DNA of 64,000 nucleotides from an uncultured Desulfospira sp. (GCA_963663165.1 OY760175.1:992001-1056000); one strand, 5' to 3'. Positions 9,665-20,077 are shown, counted from the stretch's first letter. The notes: generated by a model not told the origin, from the sequence alone. A program made the numbers and translations.

Positions 9665-11410
9665 TCAAACTTCAGCCCCGCTACCCTCAGCCTGATCATC
9701 GGAAGATCCCATGCTCATGAACTTGAGAACCCCTTCGATCACAATCCAGACGGCCAGGGCCAGGATAATCCCGTTTACGACCGTGAGCAGCATATTGTGG
9801 CTGGCACCAAATGTGGTCTGATTCAGTATCAAGGCCCAGATGGTCAAAAACATCATCAAAACAGCCGGGATGCCGGCAATCATCCATTTTATACCCCCTT
9901 TGGTTTTCAAATAAAGGGTAATGATGATCAGGGCAAGGCCTGCCAGGGTCTGGTTAACGGCACCAAATAACGGCCACAGTTTCATGGCGCCGTTTCCGCC
10001 GGCTCCGGTGGCAAAGGCAAGGAGCAGGGCCGTGGCAACCGCAATAAAGGTGGCCGTGTATTTTCCGGTTAAAAAATCCATTTTAAAGCCGGCAAAGAGC
10101 TCGGCAACAATGTACCGCTGGATCCGGGTGGCCGTATCCAGGGTGGTCCCGGCAAAAGAGGCCACAAACACGCCCATGACCACAACGCCAAGCTCAACCG
10201 GAACCCCAATAGAGGCGATCATATTAGCGGATCCGTTTACAAAGGCGGCCAGTTTGGAGCCCAGGCCCGCCGCAGCCGCCCAGGAAGAATAATGGGTGGT
10301 CCAGGCGGCAACCCCGGTCAGGGTTTCCCCGGATTTGGTCACATACCCCATACCAATACCGGCAGAGACGGCAATAATCACCAGGGTGGCCAAAGCACCT
10401 TCCATCAGCATGGAACCATACCCCACAAACAGCGAATCCGTTTCATACCGGACCTGTTTGGCCGAAGTTCCCGAAGATACCAGGGAGTGGAACCCGGAAA
10501 TGGCCCCGCAGGCAATGGTGATAAACAGAAACGGCCACATGGGGGGGGCCTTTTCAGGGGTGAGCTGAACCGCCGGGGCGACAATTTCAAGGTGACCGCC
10601 GAATGCCGATGCGATAACCCCCATGATCAGAAGGGCCATGGCGATCAGCAGCTGGTGGGAATTAATGAAATCCCGGGGCTGAAGAAGGGTGGTCACCGGT
10701 AAGGTAGATGCGATAAACGCGTAAATCAACAGGATGATGGACCATACCCCCGTGGCCGGGATTCCGGCAATTGCAGGCATTTTAATGGGACACAGCATCC
10801 CTAAATAAACGGTAACATACATGACCACAACCGCCACAATAGACCAGGTCATAACGCTTTTGCCCTGCTTGTAAACGGCATAGCCAAGCCAGACGGCAAT
10901 GGGGATTTCCAACCATACCGGCAATACGGAAGCCGGGTAAAATGCAAAGACCAGGGCAATCACCAGGCCGAATACGGCGATGACGATCCACAACTCTAAG
11001 AATACAATCAGAAAAAAGAAAAACCGGGTCCGGCTGTTAACGTATTTAGACGTATAATCAGCAATGGATTTTCCCTGGTTTCTCATGGAAATGATCAGGG
11101 CGCCGAAATCGTGAACCGCCCCCATGAAAATACTGCCGAAAAAAACCCAGATCAGAGCCGGAACCCATCCCCAGATGATGGCGACCGCCGGGCCGACAAT
11201 GGGGCCGGTTCCGGCAATAGACGTAAAATGATGGCCGAAAATCACCTCTTTTTTGGTGGGCACATAGTCCACACCGTCTTCAAGGGACACCGAAGGGGTA
11301 ACCGATTCCTGGGTTAACTTAAACACCTTTTGCCCGATAAATCTGCCATACAGGTTATACATCAGAATATAGCCGATAAAGGCAACAACCATAATCAATA
11401 ACGCACTCAT
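9665..11410 (-). CDS. cstA: Carbon starvation protein A family transporter
   Basis: DGVDYVPT, FGHHFTSIAGTGPIVGP, GAVHDFGAL, LLQPRDFIN, FITIACGAISGFHSL, GYGSMLMEG, TTLDTATR, LWPLFGAVNQ. Confidence 0.95.
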   Translation of the reverse strand: MSALLIMVVAFIGYILMYNLYGRFIGQKVFKLTQESVTPSVSLEDGVDYVPTKKEVIFGHHFTSIAGTGPIVGPAVAIIWGWVPALIWVFFGSIFMGAVHDFGALIISMRNQGKSIADYTSKYVNSRTRFFFFLIVFLELWIVIAVFGLVIALVFAFYPASVLPVWLEIPIAVWLGYAVYKQGKSVMTWSIVAVVVMYVTVYLGMLCPIKMPAIAGIPATGVWSIILLIYAFIASTLPVTTLLQPRDFINSHQLLIAMALLIMGVIASAFGGHLEIVAPAVQLTPEKAPPMWPFLFITIACGAISGFHSLVSSGTSAKQVRYETDSLFVGYGSMLMEGALATLVIIAVSAGIGMGYVTKSGETLTGVAAWTTHYSSWAAAAGLGSKLAAFVNGSANMIASIGVPVELGVVVMGVFVASFAGTTLDTATRIQRYIVAELFAGFKMDFLTGKYTATFIAVATALLLAFATGAGGNGAMKLWPLFGAVNQTLAGLALIIITLYLKTKGGIKWMIAGIPAVLMMFLTIWALILNQTTFGASHNMLLTVVNGIILALAVWIVIEGVLKFMSMGSSDDQAEGSGAEV

Positions 11411-11604
11411 TTTTCAACTCTCCTTTAAATTAGTGGTTCCGATAATAATAACGCGTCGGTACCGGTCGTCGCCCGGCACTCTGGCGGCTGATGAAAAAAC
11501 CCAATTAATCAACACATTTCCCGCCTAATCTTATACCGCATTAAATCCTAACCTTCAACAAACAAACCGCATCTGCCGTGGGTTACCATCGCCAAAGACA
11601 GGAC

Positions 11605-11620
11605 AGCAAAATAGATGCCA
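11605..11620 (-). promoter_or_regulatory. Sigma54 (-24/-12) promoter upstream of cstA
   Basis: Minus strand TGGCAT-CTATT-TTGCT matches TGGCAC-N5-TTGCW; an AT-rich tract lies just upstream. Confidence 0.65.
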
Positions 11621-11735
11621 AAGGTACAATCAGAAAACATACCATAATTTAAATTAGTTAGAAACAAACTGACAGGGGCGGCCCATCCCAAAACCGCAAA
11701 ATCGCAACCCATCGCTTCAAAAACGCCACAGTCGA

Positions 11736-11813
11736 GGGATAGACTTTAGATTTGGGGGTTGGGTTTGGTGAAGTTTTAGCAAGCTCACAGTCTAAAATCT
11801 AAGGTCTAATCCC
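11736..11813. repeat. Degenerate heptad-repeat hairpin (TAGACTT/TAGATTT ... AGTCTAA AATCTAA GGTCTAA)
   Basis: 7-nt periodic arms, partly complementary, abutting the stop of the DHH gene. Confidence 0.5.
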
Positions 11814-12802
11814 TACTCAATCTTCTTGCCGCCTGCCAGGTCAATCGAATCGATAATCCACTGTCCCACCGCCCTTTTTCCGGCGGAACCGATCTGTTTG
11901 CGAACCAGCTTCATATCAAGCTCCGCCCGGGCCATGGTTTTATGCCCCCCGGCGGACCCATAGGCGGCAAAAGCCTCTTTGGCCGTATTGCCGGCCCCTT
12001 TTCTTAAGCCGTCATTTCTGATGACAATGATGAGTTTTTTCTCGTAAACCCCTGACACCACGCTCCAGTTCACCTTGGCAATACTTAAAAAGAAATCTGC
12101 CGTGATTACCAGTTCGTCAGGGTATGCAATGGTGCCGGCATGAAAAAACGCCCGGTTGTTGATGATTTGCCGGTATTTAATGGCCATTCCGAGAAAATCC
12201 AGGTCCTTTTGGCTCATCAGTGCCCGTTCCACCTTGGTCACAATATTCATGTCGGCAAATTTATACAGATATTGGAACGCCCGGATATCCCGGATGCCGG
12301 CCTGGCGCGTAAAGCCCGCCGTATCGGTCTTGATGCCGAGCATCATGGCTGCGGCAAGTTTTGGCGAGGGCTTGATCTGGCGTGATTTTAAATATTCGGT
12401 CATGAGCGTGGAACAGGCCCCGTAATCCGATCGGATATCCATATATGCGGCCTGATCCCCTGTCACGGGATGGTGGTCGATAATCACCTGAAACTCAAAC
12501 CCTTGAAAACTCTCATTATGGCTGGGCTGGGAATCCACGATCACAAAGGTATTAAAATCCTCCCGGTTCACCTGGTCCAGCTTTTTCATGCCCGGTTCCG
12601 TTAAATCAATCATGGTCAGGTTGTCCGGCCGGGTGATGGGATTAAAATAGACAATCATGGTTTCGCTCACCTTGCGCCACAAGAGCCGTTTAATGGCCAT
12701 GGCACAGGCAATGGCATCCGGATCCGCATTAATCACCACAAGGACCCTGGAATTCTTACTGAACAGTTGAAAAAACGTTTTGAGTTTTTCTCTTAAACTC
12801 AT
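11813..12802 (-). CDS. DHH/DHHA1 phosphoesterase (NrnA/GdpP-like)
   Basis: DPDA, IVD, IIDHH, GIKTDT and C-terminal AGGH motifs. Confidence 0.88.
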   Translation of the reverse strand: MSLREKLKTFFQLFSKNSRVLVVINADPDAIACAMAIKRLLWRKVSETMIVYFNPITRPDNLTMIDLTEPGMKKLDQVNREDFNTFVIVDSQPSHNESFQGFEFQVIIDHHPVTGDQAAYMDIRSDYGACSTLMTEYLKSRQIKPSPKLAAAMMLGIKTDTAGFTRQAGIRDIRAFQYLYKFADMNIVTKVERALMSQKDLDFLGMAIKYRQIINNRAFFHAGTIAYPDELVITADFFLSIAKVNWSVVSGVYEKKLIIVIRNDGLRKGAGNTAKEAFAAYGSAGGHKTMARAELDMKLVRKQIGSAGKRAVGQWIIDSIDLAGGKKIE

Positions 12803-12817
12803 GGGGCCTCCCGGGTC

Positions 12818-13912
12818 TTAAATATTCCTTTGGTTTCTGGAAAAAAACAGGGTCAGGGTAATAAACGCATATCCGGCCATGGCAGGGATGACCGCCTGGC
12901 TGTAAAAAACGGCCAAAGGGGCCAGGACCACTGCGGTCAGCCAGTGAACGGCAATCACCGTAAAAGAATGCAGCTTGATGGGAAAATCCTTGAACCGGCA
13001 GATCACGGACAGGCCGCATAAGTTCCACCCGTAAAGGGAGGCAAACACATGCATGTGGAGCAGCCATTTGGTTTTTTCAGGATCATAACCATCGGCCATC
13101 TGAAGAAAAATATAGGCGATCCCGGTAATGGCCGTAAAAATCAAAAACCCGATGCCTGAGGTTAAAAATAATTTTTGCTGCATGCGTTGGGCATACCGGT
13201 AATAAAGGATAAACACCGTAACCACGGCCAGAAAAAGAGCCAGTGTCACAAAAATCTGCCAGATAAATTTTTCAAACAGGATAAACACAAAAAAAATGAT
13301 TACCCCAAGGTTAATGGTCCAAAAGCAAATTTCCATCAGTTTTTTCATTTCATTTTTTTCCAGGTCCGACAACATGGAAAACACCACCGACAGGGTGATC
13401 AGGGACAAAGGAAAAGAAAACCCCAAAAAAAAGGTATCTAGAATCAATTTTTCCATGTGGACCCATTGCCCGTATTCATTGTTCAAAATGACCAGCCCGG
13501 CTATGATCAGGCCAATGGAAAGACAGAGCAGTGAGGCCTGGTGAAACTTTTCTGAAACAGGCTCTGCGGGCTTAAAAAAACCTGTGGGGAACAGGGAAAA
13601 CCTATTTATCCGGACTTTTTCCACCAGTATAAACAGAAAAACCGTAACCATCAAGGTTAAGGGATAAACCTTGAAAAAAGCGGAAAAGGCATATACCAGG
13701 GAACCGAAAAAAAACCATTGCACGGTTCCGGAAAACCGGGTCTGGCCCTGGGTGTAATACAGCAGGATGGTGCCGCCGGTACAAAGGTTAAACAAAAAAA
13801 TATGAAGCCGTTCAAAATTAAAATGGTCCCCGGGAAAATAAATTTCAACAAACCCGAAAAAAAGGGCAATGACCATTAAAAAAGAAAACAGCAATTTGAG
13901 TTTAGTGTTCAT
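12818..13912 (-). CDS. Hypothetical polytopic membrane protein, 364 aa
   Basis: About 11-12 hydrophobic segments with intramembrane His (RLHIF, KFHQ, HMHVF); operon-like spacing. Confidence 0.7.
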   Translation of the reverse strand: MNTKLKLLFSFLMVIALFFGFVEIYFPGDHFNFERLHIFLFNLCTGGTILLYYTQGQTRFSGTVQWFFFGSLVYAFSAFFKVYPLTLMVTVFLFILVEKVRINRFSLFPTGFFKPAEPVSEKFHQASLLCLSIGLIIAGLVILNNEYGQWVHMEKLILDTFFLGFSFPLSLITLSVVFSMLSDLEKNEMKKLMEICFWTINLGVIIFFVFILFEKFIWQIFVTLALFLAVVTVFILYYRYAQRMQQKLFLTSGIGFLIFTAITGIAYIFLQMADGYDPEKTKWLLHMHVFASLYGWNLCGLSVICRFKDFPIKLHSFTVIAVHWLTAVVLAPLAVFYSQAVIPAMAGYAFITLTLFFSRNQRNI

Positions 13913-13921
13913 AGCAGGTTC

Positions 13922-15343
13922 TTATCTTCCGGTTTCCGGTCTTTCGGTTCCCTGTCTTTCTTCTCCTGTCTCCATACCAAGCATGTCTCTTAAAGCTGTC
14001 TCAAGTGTCTCATGCTGGAACATAAAACCGGACGCCGTTAATTTCTGAGGCAGAACCCGGGCACTGGCCAGGAGGGTTTCTGTGGCCATTTGGCCCCACA
14101 ACAGGCGGGCCATGGCCGCGGGCAGGGTAAACCGCACCTTTTTTTTAAAAACCCGGGCAAGGGTATGAGAAAATTCTTTATTGGTCACCGGGTGGGGAGC
14201 GGTAAAATTGACCGGTCCCTCAAGGCCTTGGTTGTCCATACAATAAAGGATGCCTGACACCATGTCCGCCATGCTGATCCAGCTCATGTACTGCCGGCCG
14301 TGGCCGATGACAACCCCTACCCCCATCTTAAAAGGTGTGGCCATTCTTTGAAGGGCCCCGCCCGCCGGGGTCAGCACCACGCCGGTTCTCAAGTTCACGG
14401 TCCTGATACCGGCAACGGCTGCCCCGCGTGAGGCATCTTCCCAGTCAATACAGACTTTTGAAATAAAACTATTGCCTTTAGGGGTGTCCTCGGTAAGTGC
14501 CTGGTCTGCCCTATCCCCGTAATACCCAATGGCCGAAGCACTGATAAAAACTTCAGGCTTGTGGTCAAGCCGGCTGATGGTGTCGGAAAGCAGCCGGGTG
14601 GACAGGATTCTTGAATCCAGAATCTTCTTTTTTTGTGCCCGGGTCCACCGTCCCCGCGAAATATCAACCCCGTTTAAATTGATCACCACATCAATGGGCC
14701 CTGCCCCATTGATATCAAGGATTTGGCGGGCAGGATCCCAGTAGATTTCATCCGATGCCCGATGGTCTTTTTTTCGAACCAGCCGGATGACCTCATGGCC
14801 GCAGGTTTGTAGAAAAGGGACCAGGGCGCTGCCAATTGTCCCGCTGGCGCCTGAAATCAAAATCCGTTTGGGCGCACTGGGGGGGTCAAAACGTTCAAGG
14901 TCTGTTTTCAGGACCCTGTGCCGATAAGAAAACATACGCGTCAACTCCTTTCGGGCAAACCCGTAAAAAGGCCGGCCCAACAAGCCAAAGGGAAGTTTAA
15001 ATTCAATTTCATCCGTCATCCGGGTTGAACCGTCCAGTTCAGGGGAAAACCGATGGGTATGCTGCCAGAAGGCAAAAGGGCCTTTGATCTGCCGGTCCCT
15101 GAACAGCCGGTTGGGTTCATGGTCGATATGTTCGGCTTCCCAGGCCATGGAAAATCCGAACACCCTGATTTTAAAGACAACCCTTACCCCCTTGTCAATG
15201 CCGATGCCTTTCCTGGATATCAGTTTTAGCGGGGCCCAGGGAGGGGTCAGCCTTAAAATGGCACCTTTTTGGGCATGCCAGGAAAAGACCCGGTCAACGG
15301 GTGCCTTGATCAGGGTTTGTTTTATATAAGTGTCAGGTTTCAT
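13922..15343 (-). CDS. SRPBCC domain fused to a TIGR01777/YfcH-type NAD-dependent epimerase
   Basis: N-terminal FRDRQIKGPFAFWQHTHRF; Rossmann GASGTIGSAL; SASAIGYYG; QYMSWI. Confidence 0.88.
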   Translation of the reverse strand: MKPDTYIKQTLIKAPVDRVFSWHAQKGAILRLTPPWAPLKLISRKGIGIDKGVRVVFKIRVFGFSMAWEAEHIDHEPNRLFRDRQIKGPFAFWQHTHRFSPELDGSTRMTDEIEFKLPFGLLGRPFYGFARKELTRMFSYRHRVLKTDLERFDPPSAPKRILISGASGTIGSALVPFLQTCGHEVIRLVRKKDHRASDEIYWDPARQILDINGAGPIDVVINLNGVDISRGRWTRAQKKKILDSRILSTRLLSDTISRLDHKPEVFISASAIGYYGDRADQALTEDTPKGNSFISKVCIDWEDASRGAAVAGIRTVNLRTGVVLTPAGGALQRMATPFKMGVGVVIGHGRQYMSWISMADMVSGILYCMDNQGLEGPVNFTAPHPVTNKEFSHTLARVFKKKVRFTLPAAMARLLWGQMATETLLASARVLPQKLTASGFMFQHETLETALRDMLGMETGEERQGTERPETGR

Positions 15344-15458
15344 TCTTCACAAATGAAATAAATACGGTCATTGATTTTGGGCATCTTATACTATAAACTC
15401 ATCCAGGTAAACGTGATTTTGGGTGGCCATATTTTAAAATAAGATTTCATAAAGGCAA

Positions 15459-15474
15459 AGGCACGCTACTTGCA
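15459..15474 (+). promoter_or_regulatory. Sigma54-type promoter upstream of rubredoxin-fprA
   Basis: AGGCAC-GCTAC-TTGCA, with correct GG-N10-GC spacing, about 90 bp before the rubredoxin ATG. Confidence 0.55.
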
Positions 15475-15565
15475 TTATGTTAGCTACAGCAGCTTAATTG
15501 CTGTTGGCAATGTGTGCCATAACAATTTAAGTAACATCTATTAATTATTTAATTTGGAGGAACCC

Positions 15566-15724
15566 ATGGAAAAATATGAATGCGTTTGTGGTTATGTTTA
15601 CGATCCTGAAGCCGGAGACCCTGACAACGGTGTTAATCCCGGAACCGCTTTTGAAGACCTCCCCGAAGAGTGGGTCTGCCCCCTTTGCGGTGCGAGCCAA
15701 GACAATTTCACAAAGCTGGACTAA
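15566..15724 (+). CDS. Rubredoxin, 52 aa (CxC...CxxC variant); not in the ORF track
   Basis: [59 protein letters not shown]. Confidence 0.93.
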   Translation: MEKYECVCGYVYDPEAGDPDNGVNPGTAFEDLPEEWVCPLCGASQDNFTKLD

Positions 15725-15773
15725 GCAGGGCATAGCCCCATAACCCCTACCCTAAAAAGGGAGACCCATTTAC

Positions 15774-16976
15774 ATGTACAAACCCATTGAAATTTCAGAT
15801 GGGATTTACTCTGTTGGATGCCGTGACTGGGACATTAGAGACTTTCACGGCTATTCAACCTATGAGGGCACATCCTATAATGCCTTTCTCGTTCTCGGAG
15901 AAAAAAATATTCTGATAGACACGGTCAAAGAAAAGTATGCCGGTGAACTGCTCTCCAATATCAGCAGAGTGATTGATCCCAAAAAAATTGATATCCTGAT
16001 CAGCAACCACACGGAAATGGACCATTCCGGGGCCATTCCAAGAGTCATGCACGCCATTGGTGAAGACAAGCCCATTTATTGTTCAAAAATGGGGAAAAAG
16101 AACCTGGCCAGCCATTTTAACCGGGAGTACAACTTTCAGGTGGTCGGCTCAGGGGATGAGTTAAAAATCGGGGACCGGACCTTTTCTTTTCTTGAGACAA
16201 GAATGCTCCACTGGCCCGACTCCATGTTTACCTATTATAAAGAAAAAGCCATCCTGTTTTCCAGCGATGCGTTTGGCCAGCATTATGCGGGGGATAAATT
16301 CTTTGATGATGAAATCAAAGATGAAATTGTTCCCCATGCCAGAAAATATTATGCCAATATCCTGCTGCATTTTTCATCACGGGTCCAGGCCCTGCTCAAA
16401 GATGTGGCGGCCATGGAACTTCCCATCAAAATGATCTGCCCGGACCACGGGATTATCTGGCGGGAAGACCCCTCAAAGATCATTGGGCTGTATGACAAAT
16501 GGTCCAAACAGGAACCCACGGCAAAGGCCATTGTAGTTTTTGACACCATGTGGGAAAGCACCGCTAAAATGGCCCGGGCCATTACCAATGGGATTGAGTC
16601 AGAAAACATCACGGTCAGGCTCATGAACACCAGAAAGTGGCACCGAAGTGATATCATGACCGAAGTGGTTGATTCCGGGGCCATTGTGGTGGGATCTCCC
16701 ACACTGAACAATGGTATTTTTCCGGTGATCGCCGATGTCATGACCTATATTAAAGGATTAAAACCCCAAAATAAAATAGCTGCCGCCTTTGGATCTTACG
16801 GATGGAGCGGAGAAGCCGTTAAAATTCTGAATAAAGAATTTCAAGAGATGAAGCTTGATATTGTGGATGACGGTCTCAAGGTTGTTTATGTTCCCGATGA
16901 CCAGGACCTGGAAGCCTGTTTTGATTTAGGGGTTAAGGTGGCCCAGAAATTAAAAGAAAAACTGTCAACTGACTAA
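15774..16976 (+). CDS. fprA: Flavodiiron protein (FprA / rubredoxin:oxygen oxidoreductase type)
   Basis: NHTEMDHSG, LHWPDSM, SSDAFGQH, PDHG, and flavodoxin motifs GSPT and FGSYGWSGE. Confidence 0.93.
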   Translation: MYKPIEISDGIYSVGCRDWDIRDFHGYSTYEGTSYNAFLVLGEKNILIDTVKEKYAGELLSNISRVIDPKKIDILISNHTEMDHSGAIPRVMHAIGEDKPIYCSKMGKKNLASHFNREYNFQVVGSGDELKIGDRTFSFLETRMLHWPDSMFTYYKEKAILFSSDAFGQHYAGDKFFDDEIKDEIVPHARKYYANILLHFSSRVQALLKDVAAMELPIKMICPDHGIIWREDPSKIIGLYDKWSKQEPTAKAIVVFDTMWESTAKMARAITNGIESENITVRLMNTRKWHRSDIMTEVVDSGAIVVGSPTLNNGIFPVIADVMTYIKGLKPQNKIAAAFGSYGWSGEAVKILNKEFQEMKLDIVDDGLKVVYVPDDQDLEACFDLGVKVAQKLKEKLSTD

Positions 16977-16998
16977 TGTCCGAGCGAACACCCGTACA

Positions 16999-17166
16999 CG
17001 TGTTTGGGCGGCCTGACAGAGGAGCTTTAGCTCACAAAGTTGCCCAGATGCAAGGCGTAACCAAAGGTCAGAAACCAGAAAAAATGGCAACCGGAGCAAC
17101 CTTGCGGTTGTGAGGATTGCCATTTTTTCTGAAACACAGCAGATGGGTGACGTTTCGTTCAAACAC
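16999..17166 (+). repeat. Long palindromic element (CAAGGCG...AACRC.G.AGAT family), copy 1
   Basis: Ends GTGTTTGGGCG / CGTTCAAACAC; inner stem CAGAAAAAATGGCAA/TTGCCATTTTTTCTG; homologous to 20182-20308. Confidence 0.85.
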
Positions 17167-17183
17167 AAGCAAAGGAGGGGATT

Positions 17184-17654
17184 ATGCCTAATGAGTTCAA
17201 TGCCAAAGATATTTTTGATATAGCGGTGCAGATAGAACAGAACGGTGCTGCATTTTACCGGGCAGCGGCAGACAAAGTGGCCGGTGACGCCAACAAAACC
17301 TTTCTTCTGGATTTAGCCGCCATGGAAGATGACCATGAGCAGACCTTTGCTCAAATGGCCGAATCCCTGACCGGCCAGCAGGACGGTGCCACAGCCTTTG
17401 ATCCCGGCGATGAAAATTCAGCCTATCTGAAAGCCCTGGCAGACACCAGGGTGTTTTTTGAGAAAAAAGAACCGGATTCAGATATGAAAAGCATTCTTGT
17501 GTCAGCCATTCAGGCTGAAAAAGACTCCATTGTCTTTTATCTGGGCATGAAAGAACTTGTTCCGGAAAAACTTGGCAAATCAAAACTTGACGATATTGTC
17601 AAGGAAGAGATGGGGCATATTCGGCTTCTTGCCGGAAACCTTGCCCGTCTTTAA
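17184..17654 (+). CDS. Rubrerythrin-like ferritin-superfamily protein
   Basis: Di-iron motifs E..G..FY, EDDH, AEKDSIVFY and EEMGH; SD AAGGAGG. Confidence 0.88.
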   Translation: MPNEFNAKDIFDIAVQIEQNGAAFYRAAADKVAGDANKTFLLDLAAMEDDHEQTFAQMAESLTGQQDGATAFDPGDENSAYLKALADTRVFFEKKEPDSDMKSILVSAIQAEKDSIVFYLGMKELVPEKLGKSKLDDIVKEEMGHIRLLAGNLARL

Positions 17655-17663
17655 GACTGATTT

Positions 17664-17927
17664 TTATTTCGCCCCCGCTGAAGCAGCATATGCCTGGCGG
17701 GGGTATTTTTTCGCAAAAATGTCAGGGCTGCTCCCTAAAATGTCCTTTCCGCTCCACTTGCAGGCCCTGAAAATCGAGGCCATTTTGTAATACAACTCAT
17801 CACTGGATTTTAAAGCTGCGTAAGAACATGACGGCTGTGAATCCCTTTCAACACTTTGTTTCACCGCGTAACCCGTCATTTTTTCCATCCTGTTAACCTT
17901 GTTGTGTTTTTCTTTCAACCGGTACAT
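17664..17927 (-). CDS. Small hypothetical protein, 87 aa
   Basis: SD GAGAGGA precedes the ATG and a sigma54 motif lies 45 bp upstream; no family recognised. Confidence 0.5.
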   Translation of the reverse strand: MYRLKEKHNKVNRMEKMTGYAVKQSVERDSQPSCSYAALKSSDELYYKMASIFRACKWSGKDILGSSPDIFAKKYPRQAYAASAGAK

Positions 17928-17971
17928 TAGCTTCCTCTTAACTTCAATCGACTGCAGTTAATAAAAAGTAA

Positions 17972-17987
17972 AGCAACAATAATGCCA
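17972..17987 (-). promoter_or_regulatory. Sigma54 promoter for the 87-aa ORF
   Basis: Minus strand TGGCAT-TATTG-TTGCT. Confidence 0.6.
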
Positions 17988-18417
17988 CAAAATTAGATCG
18001 CTTGCATTGATCGACGATTTACATTCATCGTCTGATGGAAATACAATTGTTTTTATGTTCTGATAAAACTGAATCAGCCTGTTGTCTATTGGTTCAAACC
18101 ATTGCCTGGCGCCCTTATGCCGTTAACGCGCCCGGATATAAACTCAATACGATTAACGTAGATTCCTCCAAAGGCCCTGTGTAATCATGAATCGAGGACA
18201 AGTTGTGGGTTGATTTATCTCTTTTTTGTTTACTTATAAACCTAATCTATTAATTTTTTCAAGTCTAAATTTCCTTTTTTTTGGACAACTTCCCATTTTT
18301 TCGCCATTTTTTCTTAAAGCACCCCCAAAAAATGTCTCCGGCCCGCTTATTTTTTGTCGGCGAAAAATTAAATGGCGATAAAAAAACATCGGCGAAATCC
18401 TCTCCCCTGTATCTGGT

Positions 18418-19566
18418 TCAATTCCCGTCAAATAAGGGTTTGTACTGTTCCAACCCCTGTTCTTCCAGATTCTCCAGGGGCACGAACCTTAAGGCGGCAG
18501 AGTTGATACAATACCTTGTTTTGCCTGGCTCAGGCCCGTCGGAAAAAACATGGCCCAAATGGGAATCGGCCCGGCTGCTTCGAACTTCAGTCCGGGTCAT
18601 AAAAAAAGAACGGTCCTCTTTTTCAATGACCGCATCTTTATCAATGGGCCGGGAAAAGCTTGGCCAGCCCGTCCCCGAATCAAATTTGTCCGTAGAACTG
18701 AACAGGGGCTGGCCTGAAACAATATCAAGGTATACACCCGGTCGTTTGTTGTCCCAGTATTCATTTTCAAAGGCTTTTTCCGTGCCGTTTTCCCGGGTCA
18801 CATGGTATTGAAGGGGGGTCAGTCGTTGTTTTAAATTATCGTCACGGCCCTTTTGATCGTTTTGGGGGGCACCGGGAGACCCTTTAACCGGACAGGCTCC
18901 CCAGGTTCTTTCAATAAACCGGTCTCTTCCCGACCCGAGGCGGTACATTTTATAATGAACCGGATTGGTTTGGTGGTAGTTTTGATGATAATCCTCGGCT
19001 TTGAAAAAATGGTTGAACGGGAGGACCCGGGTGGCCACCTTTGATTCAAACCGACCGGACTCGTCAATTTGCCGGATAAATGCCAGGGCTTTTTCTTTTT
19101 GGACGTTATCATGAACAAAAACCGCCGAGCGGTACTGGCTGCCCCGGTCCACAAAAGAGCCTGAATCATCGGTGGGGTCTATCTGCAGGAACAGGACATC
19201 CAACAGGGTTTCATAGCTGACCACATCCGGATCAAAGGTAACCTGAACCGCTTCAAAGTGGCCGGTGGTCCCTGTGGTGACCTGGCTGTAAGTCGGGTTT
19301 TCCACCTGACCTCCGGTATACCCGGAAACCACCTCAATCACACCGGGAACTTTTTCAAAAGCAGCCTCAACGCACCAGAAACATCCGCCAGCAAAGGTAG
19401 CGGTTTCCATATTTTTATTCATATCCTTATCCTTATTATGATGTTCAACAGGAACATGTCCGGCAGCAATTAACGCGCCGGCTGCCGCCAATAATGTAAA
19501 AATGACGGCCATCCATAACCTGATATTTATTTTGGAGTAGTTTTCCATTTTCAGTTCCTCATCCAT
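18418..19566 (-). CDS. msrAB: Fused peptide-methionine sulfoxide reductase MsrA-MsrB with an N-terminal signal/anchor
   Basis: Msr[15 protein letters not shown]; Msr[24 protein letters not shown]; hydrophobic N-terminal segment. Confidence 0.93.
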   Translation of the reverse strand: MDEELKMENYSKINIRLWMAVIFTLLAAAGALIAAGHVPVEHHNKDKDMNKNMETATFAGGCFWCVEAAFEKVPGVIEVVSGYTGGQVENPTYSQVTTGTTGHFEAVQVTFDPDVVSYETLLDVLFLQIDPTDDSGSFVDRGSQYRSAVFVHDNVQKEKALAFIRQIDESGRFESKVATRVLPFNHFFKAEDYHQNYHQTNPVHYKMYRLGSGRDRFIERTWGACPVKGSPGAPQNDQKGRDDNLKQRLTPLQYHVTRENGTEKAFENEYWDNKRPGVYLDIVSGQPLFSSTDKFDSGTGWPSFSRPIDKDAVIEKEDRSFFMTRTEVRSSRADSHLGHVFSDGPEPGKTRYCINSAALRFVPLENLEEQGLEQYKPLFDGN

Positions 19567-19726
19567 GGGACATATACCACAATGTAGTGCATGTTATATA
19601 TTTTACAACCATGGCCTAGAAAATATGATTGATTTTTTTTAGTGGTGAAGAGGAACTTATTTAATCAGACTTCCATTGCACGGTAGAACTGCCGCCGAAG
19701 TATGGGAATCTTGCTTGTACATTTAT

Positions 19727-19830
19727 TAATGTATATTGTTGAGACTTGGGATATGGGATATGGGACTTGGGGAGGCCGTGGATGCCGCAATCCCCAGGTC
19801 CCATATCCCAAGTCCCAAGTCCAATTTTTT
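19727..19830. repeat. Heptad-repeat hairpin element, copy 2 (identical to 5682-5785)
   Basis: Base-for-base match over 104 bp, same orientation. Confidence 0.92.
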
Positions 19831-19865
19831 GGTCACCGTATTCTTTTATTCCACGGCATTGCCCC

Positions 19866-20060
19866 CTATTCCCTTGGAATTTTAAAAACCATTTCCAGAA
19901 TATTTTCCATAGGACAGAACCTGGTAAAGGCCGACTGGAGCAGGTTCACCCCCACAAAGGCCGTAAACAGAAGCCAGTAAGGGGAATGGACCTGGGACAA
20001 AATCAAGGTTATTAGAATGACGGAGCCGGCAATGGCCCTGATGTAATGTTCCATTTTCAT
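19866..20060 (-). CDS. DUF2892 / YgaP-like small membrane protein
   Basis: IRAIAG...FTAFVGVNLLQSAFTRFCP; SD GAGGAG. Confidence 0.88.
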   Translation of the reverse strand: MKMEHYIRAIAGSVILITLILSQVHSPYWLLFTAFVGVNLLQSAFTRFCPMENILEMVFKIPRE

Positions 20061-20077
20061 AAGATTCTCCTCTCGTG

